From: a virus
IMG/VR virus record: IMGVR_UViG_3300025585_000037
DNA length: 64,000 bases
Strand: one strand, 5' to 3'
The first letter of the stretch is position 1; every line of letters begins with the position of its first letter. Made by a program: the position numbers and the translations under genes. The notes under the pieces were generated by a model. It was not told where the DNA came from. It saw only the letters and a list, made by a program, of their open reading frames with translations, and ran no database searches. Below are positions 10,382-20,859 of the stretch, one piece after another.

Positions 10382-10383
10382 AA

Positions 10384-10653
10384 ATGTTTCTTCTGACTCT
10401 TAAAGATCGAAAAGATGACGGTGCTTATGCCGTTCAAGATCAATACGGACATAAAGTTTTATTTCTTTTTGAGGAAGAAGATGATGCGACTCGATATGCT
10501 TTAATGCTAGAGGATCAAGAAGATCAAGAAATGGATATTGTTGAAGTTGATGCCGAACTTGCCATAAAAACTTGTAGATTATACAACTATAAGTATTCTA
10601 TAATTACTCCAAATGACATTGTAATTCCACCTAAAAATGTTAGTCTTTCATAA
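10384..10653 (+). CDS. Conserved cyanophage hypothetical
   Basis: 89-aa acidic ORF between g47 and g46 (LFLFEEEDDATRYALML). Confidence 0.7.
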   Translation: MFLLTLKDRKDDGAYAVQDQYGHKVLFLFEEEDDATRYALMLEDQEDQEMDIVEVDAELAIKTCRLYNYKYSIITPNDIVIPPKNVSLS

Positions 10654-12352
10654 AATTAGATACAAAAATTTCTTGAGTACTGGTACTCAGTTCACGGAAA
10701 TTGATTTTGAAAAAAATAGAACAAATATACTTATTGGTAAGAATGGATATGGTAAATCATCTGTAATTGATGCCATAACTTTTGCCTTGTTCAATAAGGC
10801 ATTCAGAAATATTAATAAGAATCAACTTGTAAATTCAATCAATGAAAGAGATTGTTTAGTTGAAATTGAATTTTCCGTAAACAATAAAAAATATTTGGTT
10901 CGTCGTGGAATTAAACCAAATATTTTTGATATTGAAGTTGATGGTACTTTACTTCGAAAAGAATCGGATGATAGATTGAATCAAAAGATTCTTGAGGATA
11001 ATATTTTAAAGGTAAACTTTAAGTCTTTTACTCAACTAGTTATTTTGGGTTCAAGTACTTATGTTCCATTTATGCAATTAAGTGCATCTAATCGTCGTGA
11101 AGTAATCGAAGATCTTTTGGATATTCGAATCTTTTCTACAATGAATAGTTTGATCAAAGAAAAAATAAAGACTAAAAAAGATCAGGTTAAATCTCTTCAA
11201 ACTCAAAAGAGTAATCTTGAAGACAAGATTAAAATGCAAGAAGAGTTTATTGAAGAACTCGAAAATCGTGGAAATGCTAATATAAACACCAATAAACGGA
11301 AAATTTCTGATTTAGATGGTGAAATTAGTGATTATATGAATCATATTTCTATAGTCGAAGCAACTCTCTCTGACAAAATTAAATTACAAGAAGATCTTGT
11401 TGGTGCAGGAGATAAGTTACTCACTTTGAATACTCTCAAGGGTAAAATCACACAAAAAGTAACAACGATTACAGAAGAGCACAAGTTCTTTACAGAAAAT
11501 ACGGTATGTCCCACCTGTACTCAAAATATTGAAGATGAGTTTAGATTAAATAGAATTACTGACGCTAAAAATAAGGCAAAAGAACTTCATAAGGGGTTTC
11601 AAGAACTTGAAGCAACCATAAAGTTGGAACAAGAAAGAGAGCGTCAATTTACGGTTCTATCAAAGGAGATTACGAAACTCAATCATGAGATTTCTCAAAA
11701 CAATACTCGGATTTCACTCAATCAAAGACAGATCCGAGATCTTGAATCTGAAGTTCAAATTATTACCGAACAACTTAAAAACAGAAATACTGAACATGAG
11801 AAGTTAGAATCATTTAAAGACAATCTCCAAAAAACAACAGAAGATCTGCTAACAAAAAAAGAAAAAATCATCTATTATGATTTTGCACATTCCTTACTCA
11901 AGGATGATGGCGTAAAAACGAAGATTATTAAAAAGTATCTTCCATTCATCAATCAACAAGTTAATCGTTATTTGCAATTGATGGATTTTTATATTAACTT
12001 TGAATTTGATTCGGAGTTTAATGAATCGATTAAGTCTCCAATTCACGAAAAGTATTCTTATAGTTCTTTTAGTGAAGGAGAAAAGGCAAAAATCAATCTA
12101 TCACTAGTATTTGCCTGGCGTGAAGTTGCAAAAGCAAAGAATTCCATCAATTGCAATTTGTTAATTTTTGATGAAATTTTTGATAGTTCATTAGATGAGT
12201 TTGGTACTGATAACTTCTTGAAAATTATTCGTTATGTAATTAATGATGCAAATATTTTTGTTATTTCTCATAAAGACGGTATTCAAGATAAGTTTGAGCG
12301 TGTAATTAAGTTTGATAAAAGAAATGAGTTTTCTTATAAGACCGAAGTATAG
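10637..12352 (+). CDS. g46: Recombination endonuclease subunit gp46 (Rad50/SbcC-like ATPase)
   Basis: GKNGYGKS Walker A, CPTC zinc hook, SFSEGEK signature, FDEIFD Walker B. Confidence 0.96.
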   Translation: MLVFHKIRYKNFLSTGTQFTEIDFEKNRTNILIGKNGYGKSSVIDAITFALFNKAFRNINKNQLVNSINERDCLVEIEFSVNNKKYLVRRGIKPNIFDIEVDGTLLRKESDDRLNQKILEDNILKVNFKSFTQLVILGSSTYVPFMQLSASNRREVIEDLLDIRIFSTMNSLIKEKIKTKKDQVKSLQTQKSNLEDKIKMQEEFIEELENRGNANINTNKRKISDLDGEISDYMNHISIVEATLSDKIKLQEDLVGAGDKLLTLNTLKGKITQKVTTITEEHKFFTENTVCPTCTQNIEDEFRLNRITDAKNKAKELHKGFQELEATIKLEQERERQFTVLSKEITKLNHEISQNNTRISLNQRQIRDLESEVQIITEQLKNRNTEHEKLESFKDNLQKTTEDLLTKKEKIIYYDFAHSLLKDDGVKTKIIKKYLPFINQQVNRYLQLMDFYINFEFDSEFNESIKSPIHEKYSYSSFSEGEKAKINLSLVFAWREVAKAKNSINCNLLIFDEIFDSSLDEFGTDNFLKIIRYVINDANIFVISHKDGIQDKFERVIKFDKRNEFSYKTEV

Positions 12353-12425
12353 GACACTTTTTTAACTGGACTACTTGACTTTTTGAATCATAGATAGTAA
12401 TGTGTAAATAATACACAAAAGACTC

Positions 12426-12578
12426 ATGCAAGTTCCCAATCGCTATCATCATTCCAAAAAAGATCAAAAACGAAAACTGAAACCTCAGGCACTGCGTCAA
12501 GCAAAGGCAAGGCGTCAGGCACTTAAGAATAAGCATCAAACCTCCTCTCAAAAAGGAGGTTTTTTTATAAATATCTAA
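12426..12578 (+). CDS. 50-aa basic hypothetical (not in ORF track)
   Basis: Hand translation MQVPNRYHHSKKDQKRKLKPQALRQAKARRQALK...; follows a TTGACT promoter at 12375. Confidence 0.6.
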   Translation: MQVPNRYHHSKKDQKRKLKPQALRQAKARRQALKNKHQTSSQKGGFFINI

Positions 12579-12591
12579 AAACAATCATAAA

Positions 12592-13044
12592 ATGGCAAAA
12601 GACGAAACCGAAGAAGGGATTACTGGACTTCCGATTCCAAAGAAAAAAATGAGTCCCAAAAAAAGACATGAATTTGAAAAGAAAAGAAGAGTAGAAAGAA
12701 AGAAGCGTGGAGATGAAAGAGTTGGAGATACTTTTTCTCAACATAGAATGACTGGTAGTAGAGGTCATGGATCTGAATATGAAGTTAATCCAAGAGTTTC
12801 TTATAGGCATAATGAAGAGTATTTAATTGATTATCTTCTTGGAGAGGGTTTTGCATCTGATGAAAAGTCGGCAAAAGCAATCTCTAGAGCAATGAGTGAA
12901 GAATGGATACAGAGTATTTTTGAAACATTTGCATCTCCTGAAGTTATTCAAAGGGTTAAAAATTCTCCTACTAGAAGACCAACAAAACCTTTTGGTAGCG
13001 AATTGCCAAAACCATCTCAAAGACGAGATGGTCTTATGTATTGA
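12592..13044 (+). CDS. Late protein of the modular acidic-domain family
   Basis: DYLLGEGFASDEKSAKAISRAMSEEWIQSIFE module; TATAAATA at 12566-12573. Confidence 0.7.
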   Translation: MAKDETEEGITGLPIPKKKMSPKKRHEFEKKRRVERKKRGDERVGDTFSQHRMTGSRGHGSEYEVNPRVSYRHNEEYLIDYLLGEGFASDEKSAKAISRAMSEEWIQSIFETFASPEVIQRVKNSPTRRPTKPFGSELPKPSQRRDGLMY

Positions 13045-13095
13045 TAAAACCACTTCCCAAACTGGCACACAAGAGGGTTTCACCACCCTCTTTTT

Positions 13096-15291
13096 TTGTA
13101 TGATGACCTCAAATCGCACAAAACCTCTCAAATGACCGTCAATTACGAAATCAAAGGAATGCTCGCCAAACTCCTGGCGACAGAGGACATTATTATTGAG
13201 CACAAGAAGGTTGAAACCGCCTGCTTCAATGTACATACTCGTGTTCTAACTCTTCCAATCCTGAATGCCAGTAATAATGTCATTGATCTCATGTGCGCTC
13301 ATGAGGTGGGACATTCACGAGAATCTCCTGATATCGACTGGACTAAAACTCATAAAATTCCTCATAGTTTTGTGAATGTTTGTGAAGATGTTCGAGTTGA
13401 AAAACTGATGAAGCGTCGGTATGCAGGTCTTGCAAAGACTTTCTATACTGGTTATAAGGAACTTAATGAACTGGATTTCTTTGATATTGGAGATAAAGAT
13501 GTAAATGAGTTCAATCTTGCAGATCGTATTAATCTCTATTATAAGATTGGTAATCATCTGAATCTGAACTTTAATGAAGAGGAGAAAACAATTGTTGAAT
13601 TGATCGGAAATGCCGAGACCTTTGAAGAAACTCTTGATGCCGCAAAGATTCTTTATGAATATTGTAAAGAACAACATCAGGATGAAATGATTCAAATTGA
13701 TGTTTCGGAATCTCAAGATGGTGGAATTTCAATGGAATTCACTTTCGATGAAAGTGGTGAATCTCCAGATCAAACGATTTCTGGTAATTCTATGCCTCAG
13801 GGTAATTCTATGAATTCTGATGAATCTGAGTCAAGTGATTCGAATGAATCTTCCAATTCTAATCAAACTCAAAATTCTCAGAGTGATGGAATTAATGGTA
13901 GTACTGAAACCGAACAAAAGGATCCAGAAATTAAAACCATGGAATCCTTTGAAAAGGCACTTCAAAATCTGATTTCAAACGACTCTGTTGAAAGTGTATA
14001 CATTGAAATTCCTGAGATTGATATTGATGGAATTATTATTCCAAATTCAGAAATTCATAAGATGTGTGATCAATGTTGGACGAATCCAGATAATTTTGTC
14101 AATGTTGATTTGAAGTATAAAAAATTCCAAAAGGATTCTCAAAAAGAAGTCAATTATCTGGTCAAGGAATTTGAATGTCGCAAGGCGGCAGATTCTTATG
14201 CTCGTGCTACAACTGCAAAAACTGGTGTTCTAGATTGCTCTGCTCTACACACTTACAAATTTAATGAAGATCTATTTAAAAAAGTTACAACTATTGCCGA
14301 TGGTAAAAATCATGGACTAGTTTTCATTTTGGATTGGTCTGGATCAATGGAAGATGTAATGCTCGATACAATCAAGCAACTTTTTAACTTGATTTGGTTT
14401 TGTCGTAAGGTTTCGATTCCGTTTGAAGTTTATGCCTTTACGAATTCTTATCCAAATGATAATTATGATGGCAAAGGCAGAAAAATCCCTAAACGATCCA
14501 CCTATCTTAAAAAAGAAAATGTTTTTCATATTGAAGAAACTTTTTCATTGATGAATATTCTTACAAGTAAAGTTAGTACTTCTGTTCTAGATAAACAGAT
14601 GAAAAACATCTTTCGTCTTGCATCGTATTTCCGTAATAGGTATTACAGTGGATATATCATTCCATATGGTTTGGATACTTCCGGGACACCTTTGAATGAG
14701 ACCATGATTGCTTTGCATCAAATTCTTCCTAAGTTTCAGAAGCAAAATAATCTTCAAAAGGTTCATTGTATTGTTTTGACTGATGGTGAAGGGCATCCAC
14801 TCAAGTATCATAAGGTGTTTAATCGTAAATGGGAGACTGAACCTTTTCTTGGCACTAATTATGTGGATCATGAGTGTTATCTGCGAGATCGAAAGACGGG
14901 AAATACATATCATCTTTTTGGATTTGGTTATGACATGACTGATGTTTTGATTCGCAATCTTCGTGATAAATTTGTGGATATCAGTTTTATTGGCATTCGT
15001 GTACTTGAATCTGGTTATGCTAATAATTTCATTCGTCGTTATACTAAACTTGGAAGTGATGATTATGATAAAGTGACTCGGGATTGGAAAAAAGATAAAT
15101 CCTTTATTCTTAAGAATTCTGGATATCATTCTTATTTTGGATTCGGTTCAAATACACTTTCTCAAAACTCTCAATTTACGGTTCATGATTCTGCATCCAA
15201 ATCTGAGATTAAGAATGCATTTGTGAAGTCTCTTAAAGTTAAACAACTGAATAAAAAAATTCTTGGTGAGTTTATTGAACTTATCGTGTGA
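13096..15291 (+). CDS. Metallopeptidase-like plus vWA protein (CobT-like partner of the MoxR ATPase); probable start 13132
   Basis: AHEVGH (HExxH), DWSGSM MIDAS, SGTPLNE, LTDGEG. Confidence 0.85.
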   Translation: MYDDLKSHKTSQMTVNYEIKGMLAKLLATEDIIIEHKKVETACFNVHTRVLTLPILNASNNVIDLMCAHEVGHSRESPDIDWTKTHKIPHSFVNVCEDVRVEKLMKRRYAGLAKTFYTGYKELNELDFFDIGDKDVNEFNLADRINLYYKIGNHLNLNFNEEEKTIVELIGNAETFEETLDAAKILYEYCKEQHQDEMIQIDVSESQDGGISMEFTFDESGESPDQTISGNSMPQGNSMNSDESESSDSNESSNSNQTQNSQSDGINGSTETEQKDPEIKTMESFEKALQNLISNDSVESVYIEIPEIDIDGIIIPNSEIHKMCDQCWTNPDNFVNVDLKYKKFQKDSQKEVNYLVKEFECRKAADSYARATTAKTGVLDCSALHTYKFNEDLFKKVTTIADGKNHGLVFILDWSGSMEDVMLDTIKQLFNLIWFCRKVSIPFEVYAFTNSYPNDNYDGKGRKIPKRSTYLKKENVFHIEETFSLMNILTSKVSTSVLDKQMKNIFRLASYFRNRYYSGYIIPYGLDTSGTPLNETMIALHQILPKFQKQNNLQKVHCIVLTDGEGHPLKYHKVFNRKWETEPFLGTNYVDHECYLRDRKTGNTYHLFGFGYDMTDVLIRNLRDKFVDISFIGIRVLESGYANNFIRRYTKLGSDDYDKVTRDWKKDKSFILKNSGYHSYFGFGSNTLSQNSQFTVHDSASKSEIKNAFVKSLKVKQLNKKILGEFIELIV

Positions 15292-15328
15292 CTAAATATT
15301 ACTTAGAAAAGTATTTTTTAGTTGTTCC

Positions 15329-16252
15329 ATGACCTCGCATGTAACTCAAGATATCCGCCTCTTATATGAGGCGGTTTATGATCAAGACCTCAGAGAAAAG
15401 GCAGATGAATACAATAATGAAGTATATGATGAAGACATTGTTGAAGTTGCCACCGAATATTTTTACACTTATGGATTAAATTCTGACGGTGTAGATATTT
15501 TAATTGAAAAAGTTGGTCTTGATAACTTTGTTGAATTTGTTTATGGTCTTTCTGATGATCTTGTAGTTCTTACTGAAGCAAGAGCAGCAAAAAGAAGAAA
15601 ACCTGGTGGACCTTCATATGAAGAAGTAAAGGCAAAAACTGATGCTAAAGAAGCAGCAAAGAAAAAAGTAAAAAGATCTGCTGAGGAAAGAAAAGAAACT
15701 GAAAGAAAAGAACCAGAATCTAAAGGTCCTGATACTGAAGCAAAAGCAGAACAACCTAAGTCAAAGAAACCTGTAAGAGATGCAATTGCTCGTAATATTT
15801 TTCGTGCAGTTGATGCTTATAAATCAGGTATGGAGCGTCATCGCCAAGCAACTCAAACTGCTGGTCGTCTTGCTGGCGAAACCGCTAGAACTATAGGAAA
15901 AGTTGTTTCTACTACTCATGAAGCAGGTCGCCGTGCAGGTGAGCATGTTAAAAAGCATGGTCTAAAATCTCTTGCAAATGAAGAGTTTGATAACTTTGAT
16001 ATTATTCTTGAGTACTTAGTTGCTGAAGGGTATGCTGATACTAATCAGGCAGCACTTGTTATTATGGCAAATATGAGTGAAGAGTGGAAGCAGAGTATTG
16101 TTGAGGATCAACCCAGTCCTGCATATGCAACTCAAGGTGGACAAACATATCGAGATTACAACAATGATGGGAAGAGTACTTCACAGATTGCTAGAGAGAA
16201 AAGAATGCAAGAGTTTGCTCTCAAGCGTTCGGCAATATTAAGAGGCGTTTGA
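15329..16252 (+). CDS. Late protein of the modular acidic-domain family
   Basis: LLYEAVY N-motif, ...LVVLTE, EYLVAEGYADTNQAALVIMANMSEEWKQSIVE module; CTAAATA at 15292-15298. Confidence 0.7.
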   Translation: MTSHVTQDIRLLYEAVYDQDLREKADEYNNEVYDEDIVEVATEYFYTYGLNSDGVDILIEKVGLDNFVEFVYGLSDDLVVLTEARAAKRRKPGGPSYEEVKAKTDAKEAAKKKVKRSAEERKETERKEPESKGPDTEAKAEQPKSKKPVRDAIARNIFRAVDAYKSGMERHRQATQTAGRLAGETARTIGKVVSTTHEAGRRAGEHVKKHGLKSLANEEFDNFDIILEYLVAEGYADTNQAALVIMANMSEEWKQSIVEDQPSPAYATQGGQTYRDYNNDGKSTSQIAREKRMQEFALKRSAILRGV

Positions 16253-16348
16253 TAACCACTTTCCAAACTGTCACAGGGGGCACTGACTGCCCCCTTTTTT
16301 GTGTGTATAATAACAGAGTTCAAATGAAACACAACTTTTAACTACATC

Positions 16349-17485
16349 ATGAATCGCAAAATCTCGATGACCGACGAACAACTGATCAGCGAACTTCGTT
16401 CTGCCTTTGGTGCCGAACTTACTACAGCAGATATCAAGGGTTACTGTGCCTCTCAGGATCTTTCCTATCCTACCGTAACTCGCCGCCTGGAACCCTACAA
16501 GACCGATCGTGGTCGTTGGAACCTGGAAGTCACTCAAGAGCGTGTAGAAGAGATTGAACGCTCCTACAGCGCCCCTGCAGTCCTTCCTCGTAGCGAACAG
16601 AATTTTGTTCCTCAAAAGAACTCAACCTTTGTTCCTTTTGGTAGTTTCCGAGATATTAAAAAAATCATCGAGTCTCGTATTTTCTATCCTGTTTTTGTGA
16701 CTGGTCTCTCTGGTAATGGTAAGACTCTTGGAATTGAGCAGGCATGTGCTCAACTTGGTCGTGAACTTGTGTGTGCAAATATCACCATTGAAACTGATGA
16801 ATCGGATCTGATTGGTGGTTATAAACTCGTTGATGGGAATACAGTTTGGGAAGATGGCCCTGTCGTTGAAGCAATGCTCCGAGGTGCCATTCTTCTTCTG
16901 GATGAGGTCGATCTTGCAAGCAATAAGATCATGGTACTTCAGTCCGTTCTTTCTGGTAATGGTATCTACATCAAGAAAATCAATCGTTTCGTAAAACCTG
17001 CTCCTGGTTTTAATATCTTTGCCACAGCAAATACTAAAGGTAAAGGTAGTGATGACGGACGATTTATTGGTACTAATGTTTTGAATGCCGCCTTCTTGGA
17101 TCGTTTTGCCATTACTCTAGAGCAGGAATATCCTTCTGTTTCGGCAGAAACCAAGATTCTTACCAAAAACGCCAAGGTTCTGAATCTTGAAAATGTTGAT
17201 GAATTCATTAAAAAACTCTGCGATTGGGGAGATGTGATTCGTAAAACTTTCTATGATGGTGGTATCGATGAAGTCATTACTACTCGTCGTCTGGTGAATA
17301 TTGTTAAGGCATATTCAATCTTCAACAACAAGTCAAAGGCAATTAAGTATTCGATTTCTGGTTTTGATGATGAAACCAAACAGGCATTCCTGGAACTGTA
17401 CGACAAAATCGATGTTGATTTTCAAATGACTCTAGAAACAGATGAAAAACCTGATGAAGAGGTTGCATCCGATTCACCTTTCTGA
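16349..17485 (+). CDS. cobS: MoxR-family AAA+ ATPase (CobS-like)
   Basis: GLSGNGKT Walker A, LLDEVD Walker B, ATANTKGKGS, NAAFLDRF. Confidence 0.88.
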   Translation: MNRKISMTDEQLISELRSAFGAELTTADIKGYCASQDLSYPTVTRRLEPYKTDRGRWNLEVTQERVEEIERSYSAPAVLPRSEQNFVPQKNSTFVPFGSFRDIKKIIESRIFYPVFVTGLSGNGKTLGIEQACAQLGRELVCANITIETDESDLIGGYKLVDGNTVWEDGPVVEAMLRGAILLLDEVDLASNKIMVLQSVLSGNGIYIKKINRFVKPAPGFNIFATANTKGKGSDDGRFIGTNVLNAAFLDRFAITLEQEYPSVSAETKILTKNAKVLNLENVDEFIKKLCDWGDVIRKTFYDGGIDEVITTRRLVNIVKAYSIFNNKSKAIKYSISGFDDETKQAFLELYDKIDVDFQMTLETDEKPDEEVASDSPF

Positions 17486-17490
17486 TATAA

Positions 17491-17874
17491 TTGGGGAAGG
17501 TAAAAATATGCCTTCCCTTTATGACTGATTCGACTTTTACTATTGATATGACAGAAACTAAAAATCATCTTTGGAAATACAACGAAGATAAAATTCTCAA
17601 GGATGTCGAAGATTATGTGACTAGCACCTATCACGGGCATTACTGTGGCGATGAAGAAGGTTATGATGATATTCAAACTATTGATTTAATGGCAGCAAAG
17701 AAACTTGCCACTTCATTCTGTCAGGCAAACATCCTGAAGTATGGTAGTCGTTATGGTGATAAAGATGGGCGCAATAAGCGTGACCTTCTTAAAGTGATTC
17801 ATTATGCCATGCTTCTGCTTCACTTTGATGGTCATTATTCTCGTCAGAATAATGGTCTTTCAGAATTCCGTTGA
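17491..17874 (+). CDS. Conserved cyanophage hypothetical (DUF3310-like); true start probably downstream
   Basis: YHGHY, FCQANILKYGSRYG.KDG.N..DLLKVIHYA. Confidence 0.6.
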   Translation: MGKVKICLPFMTDSTFTIDMTETKNHLWKYNEDKILKDVEDYVTSTYHGHYCGDEEGYDDIQTIDLMAAKKLATSFCQANILKYGSRYGDKDGRNKRDLLKVIHYAMLLLHFDGHYSRQNNGLSEFR

Positions 17875-17897
17875 TTATAAAAATCTGATATAAAATT

Positions 17898-18563
17898 ATG
17901 AATTTTTCTGAAAATACTATTGCTCTACTAAAGAACTTTGCAACAATCAATAATTCGATTGTTGTAAAGAAAGGTAATGTTCTCCGCACAATTTCTCTTG
18001 CCAAAAATATTCTGGCAGAAGTTGAAATTGAAGAACAATTTTCCCGAGACTTTGCGATTTACGATCTGATTCAGTTTCTGAATGGACTCGCTCTTCATAA
18101 AAATCCCGATTTGGATTTTACAGAAGATAATTATGTTCTAATTCAAGAAGATAAGCGTCGGGTCAAATATTTTTATTCTGATCCGAATGTTATCACTTCT
18201 CCTCCAAACAAAAAAGTTCAACTACCATCAAAGGATGTTTGTTTTCAACTTGACAGTCAAATTCTTGAAAAACTGATTAAGGCATCTTCTGTATATCAAC
18301 TTCCAGATCTTTCTGTAATTGGCAATGATGGTGTGATCCGTCTTGTAGTTCGTGATAAACGAAATTCTTCATCAAATGAATATTCAATTGTTGTTGGTGA
18401 AACTGTAAATAATTTTGTATTTAATTTTAGAGTTGAAAACATCAAGATTATTCCTGGTCAATACGATGTGATTATTTCTAAAGAACTTCTTTCTCAGTTT
18501 GTACATTCGAATTATAAACTTTGTTATTGGATTACACTGGAATCTGATTCCACTTTTGAATGA
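17898..18563 (+). CDS. g45: Sliding clamp gp45
   Basis: LKNFATINNSI, FAIYDL.QFL, FNFRVENIKIIPG.Y, YWITLE.DS. Confidence 0.95.
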   Translation: MNFSENTIALLKNFATINNSIVVKKGNVLRTISLAKNILAEVEIEEQFSRDFAIYDLIQFLNGLALHKNPDLDFTEDNYVLIQEDKRRVKYFYSDPNVITSPPNKKVQLPSKDVCFQLDSQILEKLIKASSVYQLPDLSVIGNDGVIRLVVRDKRNSSSNEYSIVVGETVNNFVFNFRVENIKIIPGQYDVIISKELLSQFVHSNYKLCYWITLESDSTFE

Positions 18564-18991
18564 TGGAATTTCTTCTTTATCTTTCTCCTGATTTGACTGG
18601 TATCTATAATATGGTATCTAGAAAAGTTCGGGTAGTTGAAAATACGCCTGTATGTCGAAAGTATGACATTTTTGGGTTTTATGATTCTAAAACTAAAATC
18701 CTAACAATGTGTACCAATAAAATGAAAAGAAATGGTGATGTTGAGCAAAATGTAAAGGATACTTTACTTCATGAATCAACTCATGTTGCACAATCTTGTA
18801 AATCTGGCGATGGGTTTTTAGAAGACTTTGGTATTGATCCATCAATAATGAAATTAAATTATGAAAGAGAAAAGGCACTCAAAACAGTTGTTGCATTTGA
18901 TTACAAATTGAAAAAAATTGACCGAGAAGCATTTTGGATGGAGGACAAACCTGATAAAGTCAAGTATGTGATTCAAAAGTATTGTTTTTGA
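18560..18991 (+). CDS. Hypothetical with a zincin HExxH motif
   Basis: TLLHESTHVAQ...EREAF-like (IDREAF) downstream Glu. Confidence 0.55.
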   Translation: MMEFLLYLSPDLTGIYNMVSRKVRVVENTPVCRKYDIFGFYDSKTKILTMCTNKMKRNGDVEQNVKDTLLHESTHVAQSCKSGDGFLEDFGIDPSIMKLNYEREKALKTVVAFDYKLKKIDREAFWMEDKPDKVKYVIQKYCF

Positions 18992-19503
18992 TTATGAATA
19001 TCTTCATTACTTCTCCATTTCCAGCAGAGAGTGCAATCGTACTTCCTGACCGTCACATAAACAAAATGCCTCTTGAATGCTGCCAGATGCTTTCCATCGT
19101 AGCATCAAAGTGGTATCATAATTACGGAACACTTCCAAAGAAAGATGGAACTCCTTATGCAACTGAAAAGGGTGCTTTTCGCAATCACCCTTGCACCAAA
19201 TGGGCAGGAGAAAGCATTCATAATGCCTATTGGTTAATCAAACACGGTATGAACCTATGCGATGAGTTTCAACTTCGTTATGGTAAGATTCATTCGTGTT
19301 ATAATACTCTTCTTCAGGCATATTATCTTTTCCCAAAGGGGAAGATTACAGAAGTAACTCCATTTGCTCGTGCTATGCCTGATGAATGGAAACACGATAA
19401 TACTATTGATACATTTGAAGCATACAAGAGGTATATCGCATCCAAACCTTGGGTGAAAAACAATTACCTTCGTATACCCGAAAGACGGCCTTCGTGGATT
19501 TAA
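18982..19503 (+). CDS. Pyrimidine-dimer DNA glycosylase (DenV-like) family protein; probable start 18994
   Basis: MNIF.....P..SA..LPDRH..KMPLE..QML, HPCT.W, FARAMPDE. Confidence 0.7.
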   Translation: MFLIMNIFITSPFPAESAIVLPDRHINKMPLECCQMLSIVASKWYHNYGTLPKKDGTPYATEKGAFRNHPCTKWAGESIHNAYWLIKHGMNLCDEFQLRYGKIHSCYNTLLQAYYLFPKGKITEVTPFARAMPDEWKHDNTIDTFEAYKRYIASKPWVKNNYLRIPERRPSWI

Positions 19504-19506
19504 ATT

Positions 19507-19722
19507 ATGACACTTATTGAAACTATTGATGAATGTATAAAACAAATTCAAAGTGAACTTAAAAGTTGGAAATGCGTAAAAGATAATCAACTGTATTTTG
19601 AATCTAACTTTGGTACATTTAACGATGTGACAAAAGAAGAAGTGTGTGATAATATTCTTTTGTATCAAAAACATCTTGATAATCTCAACCTTCTTAAAAA
19701 AGATCTAAATTATGACAAGTGA
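19507..19722 (+). CDS. Hypothetical protein
   Basis: 71-aa ORF tightly packed in the operon. Confidence 0.55.
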   Translation: MTLIETIDECIKQIQSELKSWKCVKDNQLYFESNFGTFNDVTKEEVCDNILLYQKHLDNLNLLKKDLNYDK

Positions 19723-20656
19723 ATTCCTATTCGTGGAAAAATACAGACCGCAAACAATTGATGACTGTATTCTTCCAGATGATACTAAAAAAACATTCAA
19801 GGAGTTTGTAGAGAAAGGAGAAATTCCAAATCTCCTTCTCGCAGGACCTCCTGGTATTGGTAAAACCACAATCGCAAAAGCATTATGTAATGAATTAGGA
19901 GCAGATTATTATGTCATCAACGGATCCGACGAAGGACGTTTCTTGGATACTGTACGGAACCAAGCAAAGAACTTTGCTTCGACCGTCTCACTTACGGGAT
20001 CTTCTAAACACAAAGTCATCATTGTGGACGAGAGTGACAACACAACCAATGATGTACAACTCCTACTACGGGCGAATATTGAGGCATTTTATAACAACTG
20101 TCGATTCATCTTCACCTGTAACTACAAAAACAAAATCATTGAACCCCTCCATTCCCGTTGTGCAGTCATCGACTTCACAATCAAAGGAAAGCAAAAGCAA
20201 CAACTCGCAGGAGCATTCTTCAAGAGGGTCCTTCAAATCCTGGATCAAGAAAGGATTGAGTATGATGAAAAGGTAGTTGCTGAACTGGTCACGAGGCACT
20301 TTCCCGACTTCAGGCGTGTTCTTAATGAATGTCAAAGATATTCTACAGGAGGTAAAATTGACTCTGGTATTCTTGCGGCATTTAGTGATCTTAGAACAAA
20401 TGAACTAATCAAGCATCTTAAGGAAAAAAACTTCACAGAAGTTCGTAAATGGGTAGTTAGCAATATTGATAATGATTCCCACAAAGTTCTTCGTGGAATT
20501 TATGATGCGTGTTATGATGTTTTGACTCCACAAACAATTCCTGCTGCGGTTTTGATTATTGCCAAATATCTTTATCAGGCATCCTTTTGTGCAGATCAAG
20601 AAATTAACCTTCTAGCAGCACTGACTGAAATTATGTGTGAGGTTGAGTTTAAATGA
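19712..20656 (+). CDS. g44: Clamp loader large subunit gp44
   Basis: EKYRPQTI.DCILP, GPPGIGKT, VDESD, SRC motif. Confidence 0.96.
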   Translation: MTSEFLFVEKYRPQTIDDCILPDDTKKTFKEFVEKGEIPNLLLAGPPGIGKTTIAKALCNELGADYYVINGSDEGRFLDTVRNQAKNFASTVSLTGSSKHKVIIVDESDNTTNDVQLLLRANIEAFYNNCRFIFTCNYKNKIIEPLHSRCAVIDFTIKGKQKQQLAGAFFKRVLQILDQERIEYDEKVVAELVTRHFPDFRRVLNECQRYSTGGKIDSGILAAFSDLRTNELIKHLKEKNFTEVRKWVVSNIDNDSHKVLRGIYDACYDVLTPQTIPAAVLIIAKYLYQASFCADQEINLLAALTEIMCEVEFK

Positions 20657-20859
20657 ATCCATATAAGATTGATTATAAGTCATTAAAAGAAATACCTGTA
20701 AAAACAACTCCCGAAAATGTAAAAGAGGCGAATGAGGGTCTTTTTCGTTCTAAAATGACTCTTCCTGCTGCCGCAAAGCATTGTGGTATGACACAGAAAG
20801 AAATGAAACTCACATTCTTTGAATACTTGAAGTATAATAAACCTGATTATGAAAATTAA
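20653..20859 (+). CDS. Small hypothetical (possible HTH)
   Basis: MTLPAAAKHCGMTQKEMKLTF. Confidence 0.6.
   Translation: MNPYKIDYKSLKEIPVKTTPENVKEANEGLFRSKMTLPAAAKHCGMTQKEMKLTFFEYLKYNKPDYEN

Noticed and set aside
13096-17485. CobS/CobT as a cobalamin biosynthesis auxiliary pathway
   Set aside because: Only the generic MoxR AAA+ and vWA domains are visible; no CobN or other cob genes in the window
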